A stretch of DNA of 51,484 bases from Octopus bimaculoides (Eukaryota), in contig NC_068984.1 in NCBI RefSeq assembly GCF_001194135.2, positions 7,992,256 through 8,043,739 of the forward strand. The letters run 5' to 3'. The notes beneath the pieces are model-generated. The model ran no database searches, was not told the DNA's origin, and saw only the letters and a list, made by a program, of their open reading frames with translations. Both the position numbers and the translations under genes were made by a program. Of this stretch, positions 1 to 11,155 are shown one piece after another (the first letter of the stretch is position 1; each line of letters begins with the position of its first letter).

Positions 1-44
<44 letters not shown>

Positions 45-110
45 GCGCACAGAGATACACAGACACACACATATATATATGTGTATACGTGTGAGTACAT
101 ATATATACAA

Positions 111-240
111 TGGTCATCTTTCAGTTTCCATCTACGAAATCCTCTCACAAGGCTTTGGTAGGCCCGAAGCTATAGTAGAAAACAAGTGCCCAAATCTGTC
201 ACACAGTGGGACTGAACCCGGAACCCTGTGCTTAGGAAGC
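111..240 (-). mobile_element. SINE family A, 5' half
   Basis: Matches the head/body of the full copies at 15825-16260 and 22885-23260 (tcagtttccrtctac...cacaaggctttgg...gtgggactgaacccggaacc). Confidence 0.85.
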
Positions 241-1548
241 AAAAAACGCTATGAACACTTTAAAATAGTTCATGCTTAAAGATGATGGTGATGGGTAGTA
301 GTGTAACATATTACAATCACAATTTTAGAACATTCTCTGGTAAGAAAAAAAAGATGTTTTTAGTTGTAAGAAATCGGCTGGTTGCAAAACTGAAATATAT
401 TACAGAGCCAACCATTTTATCAATGATATTTCCGTTCTACTTTAAACTCAAGCTACATGACTATTTGATGTTTCATGCACGCATATTTGCTATTAACTAT
501 GGAGGAAAAGATCTTTATCGGTATTGTAAAGCGCCTTTCTTCTCCTGTTGTTTTTGATACTATTATCATATATTTCTTTGATTTAAAAACGTTTATCTGG
601 TTAAATATCGATATATTTATCACACTTTATTACGACAATATTAAATGAGATTTTTATAATTAAAATATATCATTGAGCAAAATATTTTTGCTTTGACATC
701 CGAAGTTTCTCCAGTTCTGCTTATTTTTTCACTCTTATTTATGAAATTTGTTTTCCTTAAATCATTTATTCATTAAAGTGATCTGAATTTGCTGCATTAA
801 AATGTGAAATTCGAAGAATTAAATGAAATTTATCAAATAGCAAATAGTTACATAATGCTTCTACTTCAGCACATCTAATATTTTCTACTATTCTATCTCG
901 ACCTAAATTTCAAAGACGGCAGACGATATTAAAAAGCCTAACTGAATCTATGTCATGCAACTCGGGTTGAACTATCTCTAGATAAACCTTGTCTTAATAT
1001 TTTAGTTGCTTGTGATAACACTCGAAGTGTGCATCTGGAAACAGTGTCTAGCTAAACACATAAAGCTAAGTCATAGCCATCGGTACAAGTGAAATATTTC
1101 GTTAATTTCTCATGTTTGTTAGCCATCATATCATGGTCACATTCGCCTCTTAATTGGTTCGAGAAAATATCTTTACAGATGACATCTATTTCGGCACCAA
1201 AATAGTGAAATGCAAAAGCTGTTTGATAATATTCTAAATATAGTCTCAATAATCCATGGTTAATGCAGGTATCTCCATTTGAGTATATTCTACTTATTCT
1301 GCAACCTCATATCCTTGGGTTCGACACTGTATGTCGCAAATTTCAGGGCCTCAGAATCAATTTACGTTATCGAAGGTTTTGTAACAAGATATCTCTCTAT
1401 TCAAAACAATATACTGCTTGTTCAGATATTTCGTGGAACAAAGTATGAGGCCATCAGATTATTTTGTAAATGATGCAATCTTCACTTTCCTTTGACATCA
1501 TAAATATTTTTATTACCAAACTTCCCACATCACTGTCATTTTTTTTCT

Positions 1549-1766
1549 CTACTCTTTTTATTCTTTTGCTTGTTTCAGTCATTTGACTGCGGCCTTGCTG
1601 GAGCACTGCCTTTAGTCGAGAAATTCGACCCCTGGACTTTTTCTTTGTAAGCCTAGGACTTATTCTATCGGTTGCCTTTTGCCGAACCACTAAGTTACGG
1701 GGATGTAAACACACCAGCACCGGTTGTCAAACGATGTTGAGGGGACAAACACAGATATACAAACCC

Positions 1767-1808
<42 letters not shown>

Positions 1809-1965
1809 GACAGGCTTCTTTCAGTTTCCGTCTACCAAATTCACTCACAAGGCTTTGGTCGGCCTAAGGCTATAGGTGAAGACACTTGCCCAAGGTGCGC
1901 CGCAGTGGGGCTGAACCCGGAACCATGTGGTTGGTAAGCAAGCTACGTGCCACACAGCCACTGTT
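1549..1965 (-). mobile_element. SINE family A, full length with internal (TA)n
   Basis: Tail cttgtttcagtcatttgactgcggcc, central (TA)n and head ...gaacccggaaccatgtggttggtaagcaagctac; colinear with other copies in the window. Confidence 0.92.
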
Positions 1966-2959
1966 CATGCTTTTAGATGAAACTTGAAAAAAGAAAAAGA
2001 ATCAGTCGCCGATATGAAACTGCCAAATGTGTTCAGTACAAATGGATTAATGTGACGTTTCTAAGAATTCGTAATACCCAATTGGTGTAAATCACCAAGG
2101 CAGTTTTTTATACAGATCGTATGGTATAACTGTATAATTCATTCTGTAATTAATTCTAGTTTCCCACGCCTCTCAATGTACTTCACTGTATATTTTCTTC
2201 GTAATCATTACTTCACTCTAGTGGCACGGACATCCACGTCTATTTTCCGTTCCACTGACCATAATCATGAGACCTGAGTATGTTTAGAGCTGTTAAAAAC
2301 CAGTTCCTTCCTCAGAGGAAGAATTTCATTCATTACAAACAGAAGGGAACAGGCAGACACACAAGCATGCAAAGACATACATGAAATGAAACACAAATCT
2401 GCACATATGCATACATACATACAAAAATATTCTGTTGTTGATGTTGAAATTCCAATGAAGGAGCCTTGAATAGTGACATACATACATACATACATACATG
2501 CATAATTAGCACAAGAAATATTGGTGGAGCCAATTTTAATGTTTCTATTAAAAATTCTACCAATTGCAAATATAAGAGAACTTAATTTCCTGAGACAACA
2601 AAGAAAATCATATGCAGTCATAGATCAAAGATACACTGGAGATGTGACCATCTCTTCCAAAATCAGTGAGTAGGAGAGTAACTACAGATAAACGATTTGA
2701 AACCTGCAAATATTTTGTGGTGATTATAAATTCACATTCATACCAGTGATTATTGGTGCACTCGGCTGTGTTAGCAAATAAATAAGCCACGATCAGGAGA
2801 AACCCCGATTTTCAAGCAAAGAAAGAGAGCGGCAAACACGAACTTTACGGATAAAATTTGTAAATGGAACTGTAAAAATATGCAAGAAACTTCTGAAGTT
2901 CGATGTGTAACTGTTATCGTTGTAAATATCTAAACTGCAACTGTAGAGCATTTGTTTCT

Positions 2960-3085
2960 TTACATTATTTATATTTGATGGATATTTGCCCTCGTCTTGT
3001 TTGTTGTTAACACAACGTTTCGGCTGATGTACTCCCCAGCCTTCATCAGGTGTATCGGGGAAATTTCGAACCTGGGTTCTAATGC
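2960..3085 (-). mobile_element. Hammerhead-bearing tail of tRNA-head/Penelope-like element (inverted arm)
   Basis: Reverse complement aligns to 11310-11440 (gagaaccc..ttcgaaatttcccc..CTGATGAAGGCTGG..TCAGCCGAAACGTTGTGTTAACAACAAA..gagg.caaatatcc.tcaaat.taaataatgt). Confidence 0.85.
3009..3053 (-). ncRNA. Putative minimal type I hammerhead ribozyme
   Basis: Minus strand reads ACAC-CUGAUGA-A-GGCUGG-GGAGUACA-UCAGCC-GAAAC-GUU/GUGU. It has the catalytic core, a 6-bp stem II, a 4-bp stem I (ACAC:GUGU) and palindromic AACGUU as helix III. Activity untested. Confidence 0.65.
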
Positions 3086-3137
3086 CTAACCACTACACAA
3101 TGGGTTATCATTCTTAACCACTACACCCTATGCCCAC

Positions 3138-3208
3138 GGGCATAGGGCGTAGTTGTTAAGAGCGCGGGCTACTAACCCCAAGATTCTGAGTTCGATTCCA
3201 GGCAGTGA

Positions 3209-3255
<47 letters not shown>
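3138..3255 (+). mobile_element. tRNA-derived head plus (AAT)n spacer of the hammerhead-bearing element
   Basis: A-box-like GGGCGTAGTTGTT, anticodon-arm-like GGGCTACTAACCC and B box GAGTTCGATTCC (3188-3199); near-identical to 11179-11260. Confidence 0.85.
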
Positions 3256-3259
<4 letters not shown>

Positions 3260-3264
3260 TAATA

Positions 3265-3568
3265 TTTAAAGAAGATGGAAAGAAAGTTTACAGGGAACTC
3301 GGTAAACAACAAATAAATGTTAAGCAACCACCAAAGAAAGAGGATATGGAAAATTTCTGGAGTACGATATGGGAAACGGAAAAACAACATAATGAAGATG
3401 CAGAATGGATTAAGGAACAAGAAACACTTTTGAAAAATAAAGAAATATATGAATGGGAAGATATTCACAAGGAGGAGGTCACCCTGGCCCTGAAAAAGGC
3501 CAGCAATTGGAAGTCACCGGGAATAGATCGAGTACCAAACTTGTGGATCAGTAACCATTCTGCAGTTA

Positions 3569-3571
<3 letters not shown>
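3265..3571 (+). mobile_element. R4/Dong-clade LINE ORF fragment (pre-RT region)
   Basis: In-frame FKEDGKKVYRELGKQQINVKQPPKKEDMENFWSTIW...HNEDAEWI...EEVTLALKKASNWKSPGIDRVPNLW. The FW..IW, HN..A.WI and NWKSPG.D motifs are typical of R4-clade non-LTR retrotransposons. Flanked on both sides by (AAT)n. Confidence 0.75.
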
Positions 3572-3645
<74 letters not shown>

Positions 3646-4369
3646 NNNNNNNNNNNNNNNNNNNNNNNNNNNNNNNNNNNNNNNNNNNNNNNNNNNNNNN
3701 NNNNNNNNNNNNNNNNNNNNNNNNNNNNNNNNNNNNNNNNNNNNNNNNNNNNNNNNNNNNNNNNNNNNNNNNNNNNNNNNNNNNNNNNNNNNNNNNNNNN
3801 NNNNNNNNNNNNNNNNNNNNNNNNNNNNNNNNNNNNNNNNNNNNNNNNNNNNNNNNNNNNNNNNNNNNNNNNNNNNNNNNNNNNNNNNNNNNNNNNNNNN
3901 NNNNNNNNNNNNNNNNNNNNNNNNNNNNNNNNNNNNNNNNNNNNNNNNNNNNNNNNNNNNNNNNNNNNNNNNNNNNNNNNNNNNNNNNNNNNNNNNNNNN
4001 NNNNNNNNNNNNNNNNNNNNNNNNNNNNNNNNNNNNNNNNNNNNNNNNNNNNNNNNNNNNNNNNNNNNNNNNNNNNNNNNNNNNNNNNNNNNNNNNNNNN
4101 NNNNNNNNNNNNNNNNNNNNNNNNNNNNNNNNNNNNNNNNNNNNNNNNNNNNNNNNNNNNNNNNNNNNNNNNNNNNNNNNNNNNNNNNNNNNNNNNNNNN
4201 NNNNNNNNNNNNNNNNNNNNNNNNNNNNNNNNNNNNNNNNNNNNNNNNNNNNNNNNNNNNNNNNNNNNNNNNNNNNNNNNNNNNNNNNNNNNNNNNNNNN
4301 NNNNNNNNNNNNNNNNNNNNNNNNNNNNNNNNNNNNNNNAAGCACGTTATAAAAATAAAACTACTGAAC

Positions 4370-4418
<49 letters not shown>

Positions 4419-4430
4419 GATGGATGGATG

Positions 4431-4511
<81 letters not shown>
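4370..4511. repeat. Compound microsatellite (AAT)n(GGAT)n(AGAT)n
   Basis: Read directly from the sequence. Confidence 0.95.
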
Positions 4512-4707
4512 CCATTGGTTCAAGGAGTGATCATGCTCTACTTTGTCATTTCCTCGCTCAGATTCATTTATTTCGCCGTTTATGGAATTGCTACAAGGCA
4601 AAACCGTACTCGAGATAAACTTAACGAAAAGAACCCTACACACGAGCAAAGCACGCTATATTTAAGTGTTAGCCTTAATGTGTGTGTGTGGGGGGGGGGG
4701 AGTGAGT

Positions 4708-4749
<42 letters not shown>

Positions 4750-4897
4750 AAAAATAAGAAGAATAAGCAGCAGATAGCAAAACAAAAAAAAAACNNNNNN
4801 NNNNAAAACAAAAAATACCGGATCTGAATTGTTTGACTAAGCTCGCCAAATACGTGCTCCAGCATGGTCGCAATTGAATTACTGAGAGAAATAAAAG

Positions 4898-4945
<48 letters not shown>

Positions 4946-5454
4946 TGCATACATACGTACTTACATAATTGTGAATTTTACGTCTAATGTATTCATCTTC
5001 ATGCGTATGTGTATGTACGTGTACATATATATATCATGTTCATATACGTGCTCTAATTTGCACGTGTTAAACTGTAAGAGTTTGGTTGTGCGTCTGCAAA
5101 CGATGTTATTCTTTGATTCAGCTTAAGTGTACAATATTAACTAAGAGACCCTCTCAAGAAGAAAATATACTGTTGACAAATAGTAGCTTTCTCATATTCA
5201 TTGATATACGGAGCAAAGATAAAATCTCATAAATTCGTATAAGGAAAACTAATTAGAGAGGCAAGACTTGTGAGACCCTTAACCGATGCGGTCACACCCA
5301 CGCTATCTAGAAACGCGCAATTACTCATATCGATGTGGATATGTATGTACACCCCCCCCCCACACACACACACACACATGTATTTATGTATATATAGTTG
5401 ACGAATAAAAACAAGAATGAAATATATTTGAACTCCAAGACTACAAACAATCTG

Positions 5455-5521
5455 ATATCTATCTATCTATCTATCTGTCTGTCTGTCTATCTATCTATGT
5501 ATCTATCTATCTATCTATCTG

Positions 5522-5555
<34 letters not shown>

Positions 5556-5593
5556 ATTCTATATGTCTGTCTGTCTATCTATCTATCTATCTA
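5455..5593. repeat. (TATC/TGTC)n microsatellite
   Basis: Read directly from the sequence. Confidence 0.95.
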
Positions 5594-5599
5594 TGGTAA

Positions 5600-5815
5600 T
5601 ATATGAGCTCACTCGGCTTCCATGGTGCGGGATGCCAACATCCTCTTTCAAAAGGTTCGTCGCATGATTACTCATTTTTGCCAGGTTCCTAGACTGGAGC
5701 AACGTGAAATGCAGCGTTTTGCTAAAGAAGAAAATGCACCACCCGGATCGGGATTCGAAACAACGATCTTGTGATCCTGAATGTAAGACCGCCTAACCAC
5801 TAGGCTACGTATCTT
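5600..5815 (-). mobile_element. SINE family D (tRNA head plus conserved core), degenerate
   Basis: gactggagcaacgtgaaat...ggattcgaaac...cctaaccact is the reverse complement of the head/core at 33936-34075. Confidence 0.7.
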
Positions 5816-6169
5816 AAAACAATTAATGAACAACTTGTCTTATGACGGGCAATTTTGTCCAGCTGTATCGTTCGCATATAAATTTTAAAGATTTATTTAA
5901 GACTTCGCAAAATTCACGTAGGAAACTAAACAATGAGTTTTGCTTTGTTTCAGTTGAGACATTTCTCGAGTCAGAAAGACCCACGATATGAGTTCAAGTA
6001 CAGCTAAAGCACTGATATTTCGGAACCTTTGCTTTCAAAGCCTTTCCACGTTACTTATTTTTCCAAACTAGGGCTGGTCACTTTTAAATTAAATAAATCT
6101 TAAATTTACCTAATTAAATGAATTACAGGTATCTGTAATTAGTGTAATTGATGCAAGTTTACTATCGTT

Positions 6170-6395
6170 TATCTTTCTCTTGTTCCAGTCGTTAGACTAC
6201 GGCCACGCTGGGGCACTGCTTTGAAAAATCTCTAGTCGAATGAATCGACTCTAGCACATTTTTTGTAAGCCTGGTATTTATTCTATCGTTCTCTTTTGTT
6301 GAACCTCTACATTACGACGACGTAATCAAACCAACACTGGTTTTCAAGCGATAGTGGGAGACATACACACAAACACAAAGCTACACACTCATACA

Positions 6396-6440
<45 letters not shown>

Positions 6441-6612
6441 CACACACACACGTCGGGATTCTTTCGGTTTCATGTCTACCAAATCCACTCACAAGGCTTT
6501 GATTTAGCCGGGGGTATCGTAGAAGACACTCATCCCAAGGTGCCACGCTGTGAGATTGATCCTGTTACCATGTGGTTGGAAGCAAGCTTCTCACTACTCA
6601 ACCACTCCTGTG
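6170..6612 (-). mobile_element. SINE family A, full length with internal (CA)n
   Basis: Colinear with other family A copies. Confidence 0.85.
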
Positions 6613-6982
6613 CAAAATATTTTGAAACAAAATCGTCCAGTAAGCCGGTCAGTGGCTGCAGGAATTTGAAGTTCTTACTTGTTAAATAGTCCGGATTATA
6701 TAAGATTCCTGACATTCTGTGTCCTGAAAGTCAAATTTGCACCTACAAATCCTCACACACAAATACATATATACACACTACTTTATTCACAAATCTCAGA
6801 TACTGTCCTGTCTCAAATAAAGGGAATTGTCATTTTGTTTAGTTTCCAATATGAATTTGTGAATAACAAATAAACCTCAGAGAAATATGTACACAAATAC
6901 ATACATACTAAGCCTGACCCCCCCCCCCNNNNNNNNNNATATGTACACAAATACATACATACTAAGCCTGACCCCCCCCCCC

Positions 6983-7738
6983 GGCACCAAAAAAAAATAT
7001 CGGGACTGTTGCTATGGTAACGAAGCTAAAGCATGCAGAGTGAAGTCACTTGGCATAGATTAGCCCTACGCACCGTTTTTCTTCCTTATTGCCCACAAGG
7101 GGCTAAACATAGAAAGGACAAACAAAGGGATTAAGTCGATTACATCGACTCCAGTGCGTAACTGGTACTTAATTTATCGACCCCGAAAGGATGAAAAGCA
7201 AAGTCGACCTCGGTGGAATTTGAACTCAGAATGTAGCGAAAGACGAAATACCGCAAAGCATTTCGCCCGGCGTGCTAATGATTCTGCCAGCTCGCTTCCT
7301 TACGCGCTGTTGCACTTGTACATAAAGTTATAACGTTCTCGCTCACATCGGTAGGTTTTAGCAATGATTGGAAGCAAAATGTGTGGTCGCCCCAAAAAGA
7401 TCCGGTTGCAGCAGCGTAGGATCTTTTTTGATTGTGTGGTGGAAGACGAAAACATTTTTGAAAACAGTCATAGCAGGTGGCACATCGTAGATTTATTGCT
7501 ATCACTCCGCAGCCTCGGCACAGTCTTCGCCGTAGAATATCACAAGACGTTAAGGAAACACAAGAGAATGCGACAAGGCAGGTTGTTTGCCATCCCCAAA
7601 ACGGGATTTCCAGGAATGCTTCCCTCAATGGAAACGACGCTGGATAAAGCATGTGGCTTCAAAAGGGGGATACTACGATAGAGATTAAACGCCGAATTCA
7701 TGTGTTGTAGTTTTCTTTTTATAGCACCAGAACTCATA
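6983..7738 (+). mobile_element. Internally deleted mariner-type DNA transposon, with a SINE B nested at 7081-7300
   Basis: Frameshifted remnants TVIAGGTS*IYCYH...QSS (cf. mariner IITGDESWIYxYD...QSSxW) and the C-terminus FQECFPQWKRRWIKHVASKGGYYDRD* (stop 7686-7688). Subterminal inverted repeat ctgttgctat (7006-7015) / atagcaccag (7721-7730). Confidence 0.75.
7081..7300 (-). mobile_element. SINE family B, near full length
   Basis: Reverse complement of the copy at 48516-48750. Confidence 0.9.
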
Positions 7739-7974
7739 TAAATACAAATGTATATAGCTTGGTAAATTGCCAGTTAGAAAACAAATTAGCCACTTAACAT
7801 TTTCTTTAATATACTCTTTCATTTGTAATCATAAAACAGGATACATTAACATAATGAATAAGCATTATTCTTCTCATGTGTAAGTACTCTGTAGAAAAGT
7901 TAATTGTACTTATTTTTCTATTTGAATTGACATTTCACCGCTTATGCCGTTCGTTTACTGAATAAATATATTTC

Positions 7975-8100
7975 TCTCTTTCTTTTGTTTTTTACTTGTC
8001 AGTCATTCGACAGCGACCATACTGGGGCACCATCTTGAAAGGTTTTAGTTGAGCAAACCGACTACCAGTACGTTTTTTTTTTAAAGCGTGCTACTTATTC
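7975..8100 (-). mobile_element. SINE family A, tail fragment
   Basis: ttttacttg.cagtcattcgac..cgaccatactggggcacc...tacttattcta. Confidence 0.75.
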
Positions 8101-8104
8101 TACC

Positions 8105-8330
8105 GCGAATTTGCGGTCGAGGAATCGTGGGTTCGAATCTCAGACCGGATGATGTTTGTGTTTACGAGCGAAACACCTTCTGCTCCGGCAGAAGGTAATG
8201 GGGGACTTCTGCTGACTCTTTCCTCCAGCATCTAGCAGCGCTCACCAGGTGGGGAACCTGTACGCCAATGAAACCGGGAAAACGGCCCTTATGAGCCAGG
8301 TATGGAACGAGAAGGAACAAACAACAAAAA
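8105..8330 (+). mobile_element. SINE with family C-like head and family D-like tail
   Basis: Head gcggtcgaggaatcgtgggttcgaatctcagaccgg..gagcgaaacacc resembles 21040-21120. Tail atgaaaccgggaaaacggcccttatgag (8268-8295) matches the reverse complement of 40732-40760. Ends in an (AAC)n tail. Confidence 0.7.
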
Positions 8331-8410
8331 CACATAGTATATTAAACTACGTAGTGGTAAACTCAGAAGTTAAGGGCCAAAACATTGCGTAGGTAGGGCT
8401 TTTCTCTGTC

Positions 8411-8512
8411 GACCTTTTTCTCTGTCGGCCTAAGGTGCCACGCAGTGGAACTGAACCCGTAACCATGTGGTTAGTAAGCAAGCTACTTACCATACAGCCA
8501 CTCCTGCGCCTA
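8411..8512 (-). mobile_element. SINE family A, head fragment
   Basis: aaggtgccacgcagtggaactgaacccgtaaccatgtggttagtaagcaagctacttaccatacagccactcctgcgcc. Confidence 0.85.
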
Positions 8513-8811
8513 TTTGTAAACATATTTTACAATAATATGTATATTTTACATCAAGATTTGGCCAGACTTTAGTGAGATTTAACTTTAGACTGCAACGTTC
8601 TTCCAGATTCAGTTTGCTAAAAGTTCTGCACCTTTAATGTTGAAAACCATTTCAGGTGTTTATCGAACCCTTCGGAGACTACATAAACTCCTCGATGTCA
8701 ATATAAAGAGCGCTTTCCACGTCTCGATCTAAACTTTCTGAGAAAGGCGGTGTAAACAATGTCAGGAAAATATATCATTAAAGCAAAAAAGAAAAAAAAG
8801 AAAGTAAAATA

Positions 8812-9022
8812 GTAAGCGCTGTTGTGGCTGTGTGATAAGAACTTTGCTTCCCAACCACATAGTTCCGGTTCAGTCCCACTGGGTGTCACCTTGGGCAAGT
8901 GTCTTTCACTAAAAAGCCTTGCAAGTGGGTTTGGTAGACGGAAACTAGTTGTTTGTATATATATGTATATATATATATATATGTATTAAACTGGCAATAT
9001 GACCATCCCCAAGTACAACAAC

Positions 9023-9091
<69 letters not shown>

Positions 9092-9300
9092 TTTATACAT
9101 ATGCATACATGTTTGTTATGTGTGTGTGTGTACGCGTGTGCTTGCATGTGTGTGTGTGTGTGTGTTTGAATCTGTGTTTTATCCACCCTACTCTGCTTCA
9201 GAACCAGTGTTGGGTGCGTTTCAGTCGCTGTAAACTAGCGGTTCCGTAAAAAGATCTTGTTAAAATAAATACCAGACTTAAAAAAAAGTACTCGGCCAGA
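8812..9300 (+). mobile_element. SINE family A with expanded internal (TA)n/(TG)n
   Basis: Head 8812-8945, microsatellite core, degenerate tail. Confidence 0.8.
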
Positions 9301-9337
9301 GTCTGATGACTGAAATAAGTCAAAGATGAACAAATCG

Positions 9338-9718
9338 TAGCCCTCCGTCGGTTACCACGACGAGAGTTCCAGTTGATCCAATCAACGGAACAGCGTGCTC
9401 ATGAAATTAAAGTGCAAGTGGTTGAGCACTCCACAGACACGTAATTCTCGGGGAGATTCAACGTGACACAGAGTGTGACAAGGTTGGCCCTTTGAAATGC
9501 AAGTACAACAGAAACAGGCAGAGAGAGTGAGAGAAAGTTGTGTTGAAAGAGTACAGCAGGGTTCACAACCACACCCTGCCTGAGCCTCGTGGAGCTTTAG
9601 GTGTTTTCGCTCAATAAACACTCACAACGCCCGGTCTGGTTATCGCGATCCTACGACCGTGAGTCCGCTGCCCATTGAAGACGCAATGGCCCGCTGCACT
9701 GGGCCATTGCGTCTCCAC
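9338..9718 (-). mobile_element. SINE family C, near full length
   Basis: Reverse complement of 21014-21412 (ccgtcggttac.acgacgag.gttccagttgatcc.atcaacggaacagc.tgctc.tgaaattaa.gtgcaagtgg). Confidence 0.9.
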
Positions 9719-10194
9719 AATGAACAAATAAATCAAAAACAAATATAACCCCTAATCTCGAAGGCTGAATTCTTATAAAAGATATTGATTAAATTGATTA
9801 ACTTGTAATTATTAAAACATCAAATATCAAAGTATGTTTCCTTTATAAGTTAGAAGCAAAAATGTTATCAAAAGCCTCCATTATGTAAAAGTCATCGTTA
9901 TCAGTTTGTCTGTGAACATATGTGAGAAGAAGAAGATAACGACATGTCTGTGAAGGAATCATAATATTAAAACATTCTCTTTGAAAAGCACAGCTGATGG
10001 GAATAAGATAGGGCTTTTTCTCTTTCAAAGAAGAGGAAATTTATTAGGAGAAAGCCCACAACTGTTACCATACCGTGTAAAACGTTAAATGGAAATTATT
10101 TTAAAACCGGAAAGTAAAACTTTAAAGCGGGTTTGCGACGTCAAATTCATTATTTCTATGTCAGACATGGCGGTGGGGTTAATGAGAACATTTT

Positions 10195-10340
10195 GCAAAC
10201 ATGTGGCCTTAGGTTCAGTCCCATTGTGCGGTATCTTGAACAAGTGACTTCTACTATAATACTGGATCAGCTAATCACTTGTGAATGAATTTCGTGCACA
10301 GAAACTATGTGGAAGCCTGTTGCGTGTCTATGTGTGCGCG

Positions 10341-10424
<84 letters not shown>

Positions 10425-10920
10425 GTCATTAGCATCTTCTTTCAATTCCGTTCCCGTTTCTTGCAGAGTGGCTTTCTGACACCTAGGGCAGAGAAACGTA
10501 CTGTAGACATTATTAGACCTTTGAAACAAGAACACCAGATTGTCATGTGATAGACAAAAATGAGAAGACAGAGAAAAGGGAAAAAATTAGAGAAACAGAA
10601 AATTAAACAAATAAAGGGGGGAAATGATTATCATTACTGTGGTCTCCTTAGGCAAGTGTTTGCAATTGGCTCCGACAGAACAAAGCTTGAGAGATTGAGA
10701 GAAACCTACCATATATGCGCACGCGCACGTGTATCTGTGTTTATCCACCCCACTGCTTGACAATCGGTGTTGCTTTGTTTAAGTCTTTGTAACTTAGCGG
10801 TTCGACAAAAGCGAACGATAGTATATGTCCCAAACTTAAAAGAAAAACCAACACTGGGGTTGATTGATTTTAAAAAAAATTTGAAGGCGGTGCTCCAGTA
10901 TGGTCGTAGTTTGAAACAAG
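10195..10920 (+). mobile_element. SINE family A, interrupted within its microsatellite core
   Basis: Head remnant 10195-10330, then (TA)n(ATT)n plus about 300 nt of foreign sequence, then tail 10730-10920. Confidence 0.65.
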
Positions 10921-11155
10921 TAAAATATGAAGATAATGGCGGCCGATTAGTTACTACAGATTCTATAATATCTGGTTTAAATATTCAAAACGATTTTGAT
11001 TGACAATCTGAGATTGATAAATCAACACTTAATTTTTCTTCTTGTCTATTTATTTATTTTTGCCGTTATTGATCGAGAAACCAAGATACCAAGATACCAA
11101 AAAAACAAAAAAACAACTTAACATAAGAACAAAACAAACTGCCAAGTAAGAATAA

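Noticed and set aside
2510-2671. Plus-strand open frame (QEILVEPILMFLLK...GDVTISSKI) ending at a GTGAGT
   Set aside because: No polypyrimidine acceptor, no recognisable homology, and the wrong strand for the BMP gene.
2680-2712. Minus-strand TTTGCAG acceptor as BMP exon 2
   Set aside because: The phase-1 continuation hits TGA after 12 codons and shows no BMP similarity.
10425-10560. Possible LINE 3' end followed by (AAT)n on the minus strand, inside SINE A
   Set aside because: No diagnostic protein motif or second copy; left unclassified.
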